Source: Vermamoeba vermiformis
Taxonomy: Eukaryota
NCBI GenBank assembly: GCA_045837725.1
Contig: JBEWZL010000043.1
Location: 1-64,000 of the forward strand
Length of the DNA stretch: 64,000 nucleotides
Direction of reading: 5' to 3'
In this document: positions 1-11,355 of the stretch, in pieces
Position numbering within the stretch: position 1 is the first letter of the stretch
How the letters are laid out: every line of letters begins with the position of its first letter
The notes under the pieces: generated by a model
Told to the model about the DNA's origin: nothing
Seen by the model: the letters and a program-made list of their open reading frames with translations, nothing else
The model's database searches: none
Translations under genes and position numbers: made by a program

Positions 1-797
1 AAAGATATAACTTGCACCGTACTCGTTGATTCAACTAAAGCCATTCGCTATTATTATTAACTATAATACGATAATAGGGCAATTCCAACTGTTGCTTCAG
101 AAGTTACAGAAGTTCAAGCCGGACTTTTGACTGCGATCGAGGTACTGACTTTGAGACCCATTTCTGAATTCTGTATTTAACCAATATGTATGTAGGTGGT
201 TGGAGCACTTACATTTGGAATAGGCGCGTCATTTGCTATTTTAATGGCGATCAATATCTCTCGTAATATTGCGCCGCGGTATCAAAAAGTAGCGTGGGCG
301 AGTTACGGCGCAATTTGCTACATTTGGCTAACGGACTACTTTCACGGAAAAACACACAATAGTATGGCTGGTGATGATTATACCGTACGTTTAATTTGAA
401 TTTATTCATTCTATGGCTTGGATCCGGCTAACTGTCTAACTAATACCAATTTCAGGGCCGTATTATTGTTGATATTTTCTTCCATATCGGAGTTACTGCC
501 GCAGGTTTCGTCTTGATTCATTATCAGCGAAAGGTTATCAAAGCTAATTACGAAAGACGTCATAATAGTAAGTGACATATTGACCGTTTACATTCCGTTC
601 AGCCTTTGATCCAGCTGTCGTTCAAGCGTTGAAATTTCATGTTTCTTCGTCAAGATTCTTGCCTCTGTGAGGAGAATTGCTCTTTCCTTTTTATAGAAAA
701 CCGAGTAGCGACATCAGTGGCGCTGTCAACTCAAGGAGCGAATCCATCTGGCAGCGCGGCAACGAAGCCCGATGATTCGCAGCCTGAGAAACTATAA
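1..797 (+). CDS. 3' part of a multi-exon membrane protein of unknown function (5' end outside window)
   Basis: Hydrophobic exons (VVGALTFGIGASFAILMAI; IIVDIFFHIGVTAAGFVLI) separated by GT-AG introns; last exon ends ...DSQPEKL-TAA at 795-797. Confidence 0.55.
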
Positions 798-1022
798 GCG
801 CGGAGAATTGTTTTATTATACGAGGCATAATAGTCTCAAAATTGTATTTTTAGTTTAGTTTATTTACCAGAGTTAAGATCTGAAAAAATTCTTTGACCCG
901 CTTTGCCGCCCAATCTTGTTGTGCTGCTTAAAATGGAACGGATAACTGAATCAGAATGATTTTGGTGCAGATTACAGGTCTTTTGTTCTACTCAAAGATG
1001 AGAAATTTATTGCGATGGTAAT

Positions 1023-4000
1023 TTATTTGCTCTTCGGATCGTGTTCGAACAAAATTTTGATGTCGTCTACAAGGTCATTAAAGCTCTTAGTTTGTTCAGC
1101 TAACACCTCGTTAATCGTCTCCCACGCAATTTTGACTGCAATCAAGTTCTTGATCCGCGCCAGAAGTTCATCAGCTTTGAACGGCTTAGACAGGCAATCT
1201 TGTACGCCGCTCTTTAATAATTGAATTTTAAGTGCGTCGTCTTGCTTGGCCGTCAATAAAATTATTGGAATTTTGTCGAATTTTGAATGTTGTCGCAGCT
1301 GTTTGACCATATGATCGCCTGATAACTCCGGCATCATCAGATCCGTAACGATACAATCGGGCATGTATTTTTCCGTCATTTCTATACCAATTTGTCCATT
1401 TGCAGCTGTAATGACGTCATAATTAGGCTCCAAAATTTCCGCTAAATAATTTGTCATCGCAGAATTGTCTTCCACGACCAAAACTAAATTCTTTTCGTTC
1501 TGATTTAAGGCCCTATTCTTCATATTTGCCATCGATTTGCGCAAACTAGGCGATTCAATATCAGCTTCGAGCTCCACTAATGTTTGGAAGACCAGATCCG
1601 ATAAGCCAGAATTTTCTATCAGAGATCAATTAAAATCGACGGAAAATTAGCGGAAAAGCTATTTGAATACGTACCATGGCGCCGTACTTCAGTGCCAGCA
1701 GGAGCCAGTTTCGGGAATCGAAGTACAAAATGAGCACCACCTAGGTCAGATTTATCTACGCTGATTGTACCGTAGTGCATTTCAGTGAATTCTTTGGCGA
1801 TGGCAAGACCGAGACCTGTGCCACCGTACTTGCGTGTCACACCTGAAAAAATTAAAATCATTAGCCTGTCAAAAAAATCTAAAAATTTTTCACAGTGTAC
1901 ACCATCAGAAAACTTGGTTTTTAAGCATGGATTATTGAATTTGTTAGTTATAATAAGCTGACTGTATTGAATCGAAAGTATGGACGTACCTGCATCAGCT
2001 TGTTGAAATCGTTCAAAGACTTTAGTTTTGAAGTGGTCAGGAATGCCAGGTCCCGAGTCACTGACGTGCAATTGAATGCAATCGCTGTTGATTAATTTGT
2101 TCGGTGACAGTGTTGAGACTTCAAGTTTGACCAAAATTTGACCGTGAGAAGGCGTGAACTTGAAGGCGTTGGATAATAAGTTCAAAACGATTTTTTCCAT
2201 TTTCTCTGAATCGCATTGTACTGTCACCGGAGAATTCGGAGTATTAATCTCGAAATTAATTGATTTTTCTTTGGCCAGGATCTCAAAATTCGAGCACAAC
2301 TGACGTATGAATCCAGCGTAGTCTTTAATCTCCACGTAATCGCAAGTTGATTTTTTGGCTTCAATTCTTGATAGATCTAGCAAACTGTTCACGTGCTGCA
2401 AAAATAAAGGTCAATAAAAGTCATCGCGATCAATAAATCGAAATTTCCGCGTCGGACAATTAAGCGGATGTGTACGTCGGCTTAAGAAAAACGTGATACG
2501 ATCTTATACCATCAAGATGATATTTAAGTATATGATCTATATTATTAGGTGCTGTAGTACGACATGCCTTGGTAAGATTATTTCTTTGCAGGAGAAAAAA
2601 AAAATCAAAAAATCAGATCTGTGTTTTTTTGACGTACCTTCAACAATAAGTTTGCATTATTGACAATTACTTTCATTGCCTTATCAACTTCTTTCTTTTG
2701 AACGCTATCAGCTCGCAATAACTTTTCTGCAGGTCCCAAGATCAGCGTCAAAGGAGTTCGAAGTTCATGGCTGATAGTCGCCAAGAAATGTGATTTATGT
2801 TCATCTAACTCTCTAATCTTTTCATTTGCCTTAATAATAAATTTTATAGGATTAAGTAATCCGATTTCGATGTTTAGTGGATCAAACTGATAAAATTACC
2901 TTATTTAGATCTTCATTTTTTTGCTTGACCTCATCTTCCGCGTGCTTTCGTTCGGTAATATCTCGTCCTTCTGATACTAGGTACTTAACATTATGTTCCT
3001 CGTCTGCCAAAGTATCGGTTAAATCTCAGAACTTGCGAAGTAAATCCAGATCGAAAAAGTATACTTTTTATATATTTTCTGGAAGTGCAAAGTAATGATT
3101 AATGAACGGGAGAATGCCTACCGAATACTGGCGTTAATGAAAAGTCGATAAAAAGCTGTTTTCCTTCGGCAGGCGCATCCAGTGGAACTTCGTACCGCAC
3201 GATCCGCTTTTCATTTACTGCAACTTGAATCTGCTCTTTTAATTTCTCTCGTTCTTCTGTCTTCATATTTTTCCACCATGGAGAGTCCCATGAAGGCACA
3301 TTTTTAATATCGTCGTTTGTAACTATTTGAAAAAAATAATTTGTTAAAATTTCCTAGCGGATTTGGTTCAAGACTTACGTCCACTAATGCGTAGAGCGGA
3401 AGGATTAACCTCGAGTAGATTTCCTTTTGTATCTACTAAGCCACAGAACTGAAATAAATTGTCATAGCAGATCGTGGCATGTTTTTCGTGGAATATTGCT
3501 TATCTCTCGTTCTCTCACGAGGTTTGGGGGTAAATAGGGTGTTTATTAGCCTCAGCGTCACTGGGTGGTGCCAGCACACCGAGAAAGAAAAATAAAATTA
3601 TATCGTAAAATAAAAATCGAAAAAATTAAAAAAGAAAATAACGAACGTTAGCAATATTAATAATAATAAAAATAAAAAATAAAATAAATATACGAAATGC
3701 GACCCATATCTCTCTCCTAGCTTGGACTTCTACTTAGCTGTAAGCTCTAAAGAGTGGATATTCCAACTCTTAATTTTTTATTCGCATAATCCCCCCCCGA
3801 GGTCCGCCCTCGAGACAAGCCTCTGACTTTTAAAGACCACAACAAAAGGCGCCCCCGCCAAGAATCCTCCATCCAGCCAATACTCAGCGATGCCCAAGCG
3901 CACCGGCCTATCAGCCAAGGGCCAGAGCTGACAAGGACACTCTCCGCTGAAATCTCCCAGCCCATTAGAAAAAAAATTTCTCTTTCTTGTGCCTGGGGAA

Positions 4001-6248
4001 GAAGAAAGGAAATAAATGGCCACGCCGAAAGCGCCAGAAGATCAGGCCAAACAAGAAAAGACAAAAACCAGAATCCAATCTCTGCCAGACGGAAGACGTA
4101 ACTGAGATAGATCAACTTGCCAAAAGACGATTGAGAGCAGATGACACGCAGGCATCGTCAATTGAACAATCGAGCACTGGAACTCGTTCAGGGCCTTTCC
4201 TTTCGGTCTGCTAAGGTCTGTGATGCGTCGCAGCTTGCCGTTCTTCTTTGCGACTACGCCGATTGCGTTAATCTTCCGTGGAACAAAGTCAACCCGTGCA
4301 ACGAAGCCATTGGCTAATTCTTGCTTGATGTCGCGATCGACGATGTCCCACGCGTCCAGCGCACTCTTGTAGTTGGCCACCGCAGAGCTAGGCACCTTGA
4401 CATTTTGGCCAACGATCTTGAAACCACCTCCCGGCGCAAAGATCTCTGTTAGGAATTCTTTATCAGGGTCCCCTTCAAGGAACTTCGACCAGAGTGGGAA
4501 CTTGATTGTCAAGGTGCTGAGCTTGGCCACAATGTCTACCCCCGACCAGGTGCGGCCGATGAATTCGCCTGCCCGGGGATGGCATTTCCCGACCTCTTGT
4601 TGCAGTGAAAAGCTCCATGCTTGAAATTCTTCTCGGGGCAGATCACGCAGAAGTGAGGGAACCTGCAATGCTTGAACGAGCAGCCTTTCTCTCGGTTGAA
4701 GTTGAGGCAGACTGTCTGCTCTGGTCTCTCTGGCCTCTCTGAATCAGTGTGGCCCGTCTTTTGCACGAGGACCATCACCACCATATCCCACGGGCGGTCT
4801 GACCATTGTTTCGAGCCTGTCGCCTGCTCATATCGGAAGCGCTCGTCTAGAACCATGACCGAAGACCAGGTGTAGTTCCAATGCAGGTCAAAGATCCAAC
4901 GGATGTACTTACAGTATTGCAACTCGTCGTGTCCAGGAACGTATTTCACCAAATCGTCACCAATCGTGAGAGCTGCGTGCAAATACTCTTCCACTGATGA
5001 GGGGAGCTTGTTGTCCGCTGAGGCTTTCTTGCCTTGATTCTCTTTCGAATAATTGCGCGGGAGCAGAACTGAGCCTTGGATCGAGACTGTCGCTGTAGAA
5101 GGGAGCGATATGCCTCTTGTGACCGGGATTGCTGAAGCGTGAGTTTGAGGTGGAGGGACTTGCTGCGTAGAGGTACTGTAGTTCGTTGGTGGTGGTGGGG
5201 CGCCAACTTGCACTGCTGCCTTCGGAACGACGTTAGGTGCTTGCATACCTGGTGCTGGAGGAGGTTGGGCCGCCACGTGAGGGGGAATGGCAGCGTTTGT
5301 TGGCAACGGGACTGCCTGCTGATGGACCAAACCTTGGAGTAAATTCATAAACTGAGCCATCGTAGCATTCGAATTGAAAGACTCGTTGTTTGGCGGGGCT
5401 TGAAGTGATTGAGCCTGCGGCGGCGGTGAAGGTTGCGAACTGGCATTGCTGGGCGCCTTGGACTTGCTTGGGGTGACAGATTTACGGAGAATCTTCTCCA
5501 CCACCTCTCTGGTCTGTGGATCAGCCGATTCGGCCAAAGACCGAAATTGGTCCACGTCAAGAGACACCTCCTTTGAACCGACGTCCAGTTCCAGGTCAAT
5601 AGGCGGAATTCCTTCTAGTTCTTCGATTCTCTTCGTCAGAGGTGCAAGTAGAGGAATATACAACGGTGCATCTGACGCATCTCTCGCTTTCTCGTAAATT
5701 TCTGCCAGGAAATCCGCACTTGTTGGTTGGCTGCGCTCTAATAATTTCAAATTACCACCCAAATTAATAGCCAGGGCCATGGCTGCTAGCAGGCGAAAAT
5801 TTTCCAAATCTGATCCACAGCTGTCGATGCGTGACTGCCATTTCGTGATTCCGCTGAGAGTAATTTTCCATGCATTGGGGTCTGTTGAGTTTTGTTGTAG
5901 AGCAGTTCGTAGAGATTCCAGGTTGTTGGCACGAGTGCCTGCAGATCGCGACGTAGATTCGCTCATTTTATTACCAAGGAAAAGAAAAAATATACGTTAC
6001 AATGCGAATCTAGCAGCGAGTTGTGGTGCTGCAATGGCGAGGTAATAACGGACGGCCAAGAATTACCAGGAAATAGTGTTGACAGCTTGACATGCACGTG
6101 GCTGTTCACTTCCGTGCAATATTCCGGCGCTAACTTCCTTCGGCAGTGTCGCTGCATGTCTCTAATTCTCCAGATCCGCTTTCTCTTTTCGTACTTGAAT
6201 TAACTCTGCAATGAGCTCTTCGCAAGACTTAAGCTCGAATTCTTGCAT
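1023..6248 (-). CDS. Hybrid sensor histidine kinase (PAS-HisKA-HATPase_c-REC), first exon interrupted by a retroelement; this allele probably disrupted
   Basis: Spliced exons give a PAS domain ([25 protein letters not shown]...IDFSLTPV), H-box [19 protein letters not shown] (~2740-2790), N-box [11 protein letters not shown]1 [10 protein letters not shown]2 GGTGLGLAI, and a receiver (VLVVEDN...TDLMMP...LLTAK...KPF, 1023-1577). Likely N-terminus [12 protein letters not shown]...KADLEN at 6165-6248. Confidence 0.85.
4042..4668 (-). pseudogene. Truncated, frameshifted reverse transcriptase N-terminus of the retroelement
   Basis: NYKSA...IKQELANG...[29 protein letters not shown] matches the start of DIRS-class RT. 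Later remnants (SIDDA, VDLSQ-R-P) are split across frames, and no YxDD motif was found. Confidence 0.7.
4536..5966 (-). CDS. Retroelement ORF1, gag-like with C-terminal Cys/His zinc finger
   Basis: 476 aa ORF with [25 protein letters not shown] and [24 protein letters not shown]...HGAFHC, patterns typical of DIRS/Ngaro ORF1 proteins. Confidence 0.75.
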   Translation of the reverse strand: MSESTSRSAGTRANNLESLRTALQQNSTDPNAWKITLSGITKWQSRIDSCGSDLENFRLLAAMALAINLGGNLKLLERSQPTSADFLAEIYEKARDASDAPLYIPLLAPLTKRIEELEGIPPIDLELDVGSKEVSLDVDQFRSLAESADPQTREVVEKILRKSVTPSKSKAPSNASSQPSPPPQAQSLQAPPNNESFNSNATMAQFMNLLQGLVHQQAVPLPTNAAIPPHVAAQPPPAPGMQAPNVVPKAAVQVGAPPPPTNYSTSTQQVPPPQTHASAIPVTRGISLPSTATVSIQGSVLLPRNYSKENQGKKASADNKLPSSVEEYLHAALTIGDDLVKYVPGHDELQYCKYIRWIFDLHWNYTWSSVMVLDERFRYEQATGSKQWSDRPWDMVVMVLVQKTGHTDSERPERPEQTVCLNFNREKGCSFKHCRFPHFCVICPEKNFKHGAFHCNKRSGNAIPGQANSSAAPGRG

Positions 6249-6841
6249 TATGCGTGATCGTCCTACAATATTCTTCGTTAAATTGAAAACACAGGAAAGT
6301 CTACAACAAGGGCCACTATTTCCGTGTGTGGCGTGATGTTGTTGTTTATCGCTTTTGCAATGACAATCGGACAATCGGCAATTATTTAAATAATAGTTTA
6401 CTAAAATTGTTAATTTGTGTGTTCCAACGGAGTTTTCAAAAAACACGAAAACACGGTGTGCAGAATTCATTTTGATGCCCGTCACAGAAAACAAACGAAA
6501 CTTACCTTTAGCTCCTACAGTTATGGTTGTGATCAAGATAGATCTTTATCTCGCTACTAAATGCTAGCATGGACGTCATGATGGGACTAGCAACCTCAGT
6601 ATGGATACTAAGCCTCCATACTGGCCAGCCATTCGCATCCATTCTGACGTATCAACTCAATATGAAATATATCTTGCTAAAGATCCGCTCCTTTTGCTAG
6701 CAACGGATCCGCTGACTGGGTTTCTTATAATACGGTCACCTTCGTAGAGAGTTTTGTTACGACCGAAAGCCAAGTGGATGCAGCATTACCTAAAAAGTAT
6801 TTATTAACAGAAAACGAATATTTACATTGACGTGGGATGTT

Positions 6842-9098
6842 CTACTTGTCCTTGTTGCTGCCGGATCTCGAGGACTTCGCACGTGTCAGGAACTTCAACA
6901 AGATCTTAATCAGCCTCCAGCCTCGCGGTCTGCTATTATGGAACCAATTGTACGCCAAATTGACAAGCACTGGCCACACGACGATAATTAAGAACCATTT
7001 CACGAGCTGCTTGATGCGATCTGACATTTGGAACACAGGTACAATCGGACCCACTTGCAACACTAAAAACAATTAGTCAACAAGATTTGTAGTAATTAAA
7101 CGAATTATTATGCATAAATTTAGTTTAATTCCGTAATTAAAGACTTGAGATAGGTGGCAAAAAGTTTTTTGGATCGGAATCCAATTCCAGATCCAGCCCT
7201 GAAATCGCGTTTTCGAACCAGTGACATAAAATTTCCTTATATGGTAATGAGAACTTACGTTGTATATCGGTAATCTTTTGCTGCAAACTTCTCATTTGTT
7301 CTTGCAAAGAGCTCAAACTCGTTTGCATCTCTGTGATGACGCTATTGTTGATCGTTTCAACAGGTGCATGTACGTGAATGATAGTGTTAGTTGGATAAGG
7401 CGTGACAACTGTACTTGAAGGATGAGGAGTATTGCCGTGCAGTATTGATGCGTCATCGTACTCGATCGGATCAAAGTACGCATCCGAATCTGAATCCGAG
7501 AAAGTGTCGTCAGCGATTGATAAGTGACGGGCAATCTTAGGAGGATGATCGTGAATATGACGCGGTTGTTGCGGCGTTAATGACAGCGGTGCTCGGTGTG
7601 GTACAATACTACAGCAAAAAAAATTCAAACGTCAAACCAAGATCCATCAATTAAAAATAAGCATTCAACACAAATTATATTATTACAATATTAGTAATTA
7701 TATCTAATTAGTAGATTTTAAATAACTATGAAGAAATAATACGTACTGTTTAACGAGATAATTTTTGAGGTCAACGAATGATTGCACTGCTTTCTTTTTG
7801 CCGAGCGTAATTACGAATTTGGGAATATTTCCTAATTAGGAATACACAACATTAATATATTTTGACCTATGAATACGGCTACTATTAGCCTACCTTTCGG
7901 ATCCACTTTGATGATACGAACGGCTTTGCACGCAAACGGATTATTCGCTATAATAGGTCGCATTAATATAAAATGGCTATCATATTCATATGCAAATATG
8001 GAGCTATATTATTGTGTGACTTACAATCGATTGGTCGCAAAAACAGTCCCATTGTTCCGACTGCACGAACAAATTTCTTCTCAAGAGGTTTCTTGCTGCA
8101 ATCAAATACTGTTAGTTATATTATTATAAAGTAGTATAATATATTACCTATTATTTACAGATGTACCATACACCACTCGCGGTACAAAATGGTCTTTGTT
8201 ATCGACCGTTTGAAGATCTACCGTTCTATTCGATTGTTCGATAGCTTTAATAATATCAATTATATAATAAGAATATTATACATATAATAGCATTATAATA
8301 AAGTATTTACCTTTAATACGTAATGAAAGTACGTCGCGCGAAGTTACAGGAAACGGCGTATTAATTTGTTGGTACGTGACTTGAACATTAGGATTGACCT
8401 CTATATTAAATAGTATCAGTATTTGTATTATTAAAGAGGAATTAAGTATTAATCTTAAGGGGAAGTTGCAAGGTACCTTCGATCAGCGAAATGTGCATTA
8501 AATCTGGCTCGAAATGTTTTCTTGTTTCCAAATGCATACTCCATGATACTGTTTCAACTTCCTAAATAGTAAATATATTAAGCGAAAAGCTCTTAAAGCC
8601 TTAACCAAGCCAAATTTCATTGCCGATCCGATTTTTGTAGCGCGCGGGCCGCCTTTACAGAATCTCGTATCTATTATGATATTATACAGTACTTACTAAG
8701 GGGGATGCTGGTAATGTGCCTTCGATCTTAATATAAGGAATGGGACTCTGGGGTGAGATCTTTTCCCAGGCTCTGATGCCGGGATCCAAGCCGTGGTCGA
8801 ACTCTTTCCAATCATCTACATGCCAAAAATAGCTATTACTTCATTAAATAATATTTACGCCATTCATTCTTATAAAAAGCGCCAAGAGACTGAGAAACTT
8901 ATTTTACGATTAAATTTCTCTGGTTGCGCGCAATCAAATCTGGCGAAAATTTCGTAAAAATAGGCATGGGTACATACCATCTGATTCTAAATTCAATAGC
9001 TCGTTAAATGTGTTATTTGCGACTTGAAAAAATTCTGATGGCGCTGAAGGAGTCTCGCAGCCCTCAACGTAGTCTAATTGCTTTGAAGATGCCCACAT
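6842..9098 (-). CDS. START-domain lipid-transfer protein with FFAT-like motif, coiled coil and C-terminal transmembrane anchor
   Basis: About nine exons: DWKEF...PYIKIEGTLPASP, YQQINTPFPVTSRDVL, KKFVRA, KVDPKGNIPKFVI (START hallmarks); then SDSDSDAYFDPIE, a coiled coil, and WFLIIVVWPVLVNLAY followed by a basic tail. Confidence 0.8.
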
Positions 9099-9774
9099 CG
9101 AGGTTAAGTATTAATAAATATACAAAATATTGAATATTCAACAAGTGTGGTACTGGAGTTCTGGCGCGTAAATTAAAGGACACAAAAGATCTCTTTCGTT
9201 TCTATTCAACCACGACCCAACAATAGCACGCATGATGGTGCAATGCTTTGATAAGTTACGTCATTGTATATTTAAGACATTTTCGACGATTTGAGCACTA
9301 GCAAGGTGAGACGCCTGTGCCAATATACAGCTTTCTTCGTTCTTCACAATTAATTATTAAATTATTGTCATAATTCATAATATTGTATCTAAGGGGTCAG
9401 ACGAATCAAGCATTAAATTTGAAAAATCGTATCAAAATTAAATTGAAAATCGAGCACGCTTTAACATTACGTATTTAGTTCTGGCTTCGTCAACTATGAC
9501 CACTAAAATGTCATCATTATGTTCCTTGCTTCTAAGCATAGGTGGCGAAAGTAACTCGCGGAGACACATCTGTTCCAGATTGACATTCATGCGGTAGAGC
9601 TTCTTCGGCGATACTGTTTTGGTACTTATTGTGACTAAGTATCTTTGTTAACATGATGATATCATTGACGTTCCTGTTCTTTTGCGAGCCGTCAAAAAAA
9701 TGGAAGTTTGAAAATCGAGTCTATTTTTAACGGTCACTAAGAGACAAACAGCTCAGTATTTAATTGAATCAAAT

Positions 9775-10944
9775 ATGCCTGCTCCTCTTAGTGACGCACC
9801 TGATCCCGTTAAGGCTTCATTTGCATTTGTCTTAATCCATTATGTAAGCACTTCGTTTTGCCACCTATTTAATTTACTTAAATAATTAATTCCTTAATTA
9901 TAATAGGCACTCTTCGTTGCGATTTTTATTCTTAGCTTTACGTTCGATGGCACGAGCGCTACCTTCCAAACGTCCGACTTGGATACAATCTTGAGCAACT
10001 TCAGACTTTTCAGCAACTTTACATTGGCTGTAGCTGTTCCTACTGCGGCTATTAATATCTTAGGTAAGTCTTATACACGATCATATACTCGGGAATTCGT
10101 TTTGTAAAGCCAATTGTTAATATGAATTTTGATCAGGTTTGTTGGCTTGCATTTACTGGCACAACAGACACCATTTCCCCGGCTTGATCGTATCAGTAAG
10201 TATTTTAATAGTATTGAGAGGGTTAAATTTGCCTCTTTGAATTCCATTTGAATTGACATGGGATCGACAGAGATTTTCGGTTGCCAATAATCTCGAAATG
10301 AATTACTTACTAATTGTTTATTATAGTACACCGTATTTGAAGCATTCTTATGCGTCATTTCATTCGTCTGCGGTATCGTTTTGTTCGTTTTTTCAGCTTT
10401 TACGGGTATCGCGTGTGCAGCTCTTAACCAAGCCTGCACTTGTAAGTAGTACTTAAGTTTATTATATATCCGTATTATATCAACTTAATTCATGAAATGC
10501 GTAAATTCCACAAATATTTTGATGATTGCACGGAATAACGCGTATTTACACATTGGTTATTATTTTTTTTTTTTTTTTTTTGATTTGATCGCTAAGTTCG
10601 AAAATTAGGAGCCTAATCCGATACTTTTTTTGTAAAGCCTGCAACTGGGACTCTAGCTGCTGTCCGATTACTCAACAAGGCTTCGATGCTACTTGCAACA
10701 GATTTTCACCTTTGTTGAACGCCGTCGCTGCTTTGTGCTTAGTCAACGGTGCCATCGCTGTAAGTACTGTGTTCGCGGCAAGCAAATCCGACTGAAATTT
10801 TGAAAATTGATGAATTAATTATATGATACTAATATTTGTTGATGTTAGTTGGCTGCTTCGATTACCGGATGCGTCTCCGCTGGCTCGCAAAAGAAGAACA
10901 AGAGCACTCAAACCACCACGATGACTGTTATTACTTATAACTAG
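9775..10944 (+). CDS. Small multi-pass membrane protein, unknown function
   Basis: MPAPLSDAPDPVKASFAFVLIHY... in about six short exons with roughly four hydrophobic segments; TAG at 10942-10944. Confidence 0.55.
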
Positions 10945-11355
10945 ATAAATAAGTAGTACTCAATACTACTATTGACGCATTTCTAGTCCAATACACTTCC
11001 AGTGACGACGTACGGAAATCTCCAAGTATGGTGCTTCCGGAAAGTGAGCAGTTCCATCAAACATTTCTAAGTAGAGCACGAAGCAAACTTAGGTTTGTAC
11101 GTTTAAATGACATGGTTTCGCTAGCAGCATTCCTTTATACAGGAACACCTCTAACAAGATCCGCATAACGACCAGATCTGGTCGTGGCAACAAGCACGTT
11201 CCGTGTCAGAAAGACAATAATAATTTCCTTATTTGTAAGTATCGCTATGAAGTTTAAAAACTCCAACGGTTCGTTCACGTTTATTTGGCACGCACTCAAC
11301 AACAGTTTTAGTTTTTTAGAAGTTTAACCGAGTGACCACAGTAGCGGCGAATAAA

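Larger units (their letters stand above)
3502..6164 (-). mobile_element. Degenerate DIRS/Ngaro-type (tyrosine-recombinase class) retrotransposon
   Basis: GC-richer, intronless 2.66 kb block with a gag-like ORF and an overlapping RT-like ORF. No intact RNase H or tyrosine recombinase seen. Ends are approximate, set by where kinase coding sequence resumes. Confidence 0.75.

Noticed and set aside
3700-3830. Terminal inverted or split direct repeats of the retroelement
   Set aside because: Only short matches (GAGAGATA; TCTC..GAGG) were found by eye, too weak to call.
3499-6164. TAA/TAG reassignment, suggested by the in-frame TAG-AGA-TAA obtained if AGAGA is a target-site duplication
   Set aside because: Conserved genes (MetAP2, GSIII, VPS25, P450) end at TAA or TAG in the expected positions.
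6545-6790. Extra minus-strand exon or small gene between the START gene and the kinase
   Set aside because: An acceptor-like site exists near 6790, but the frame is short and has no recognisable motif; probably UTR.
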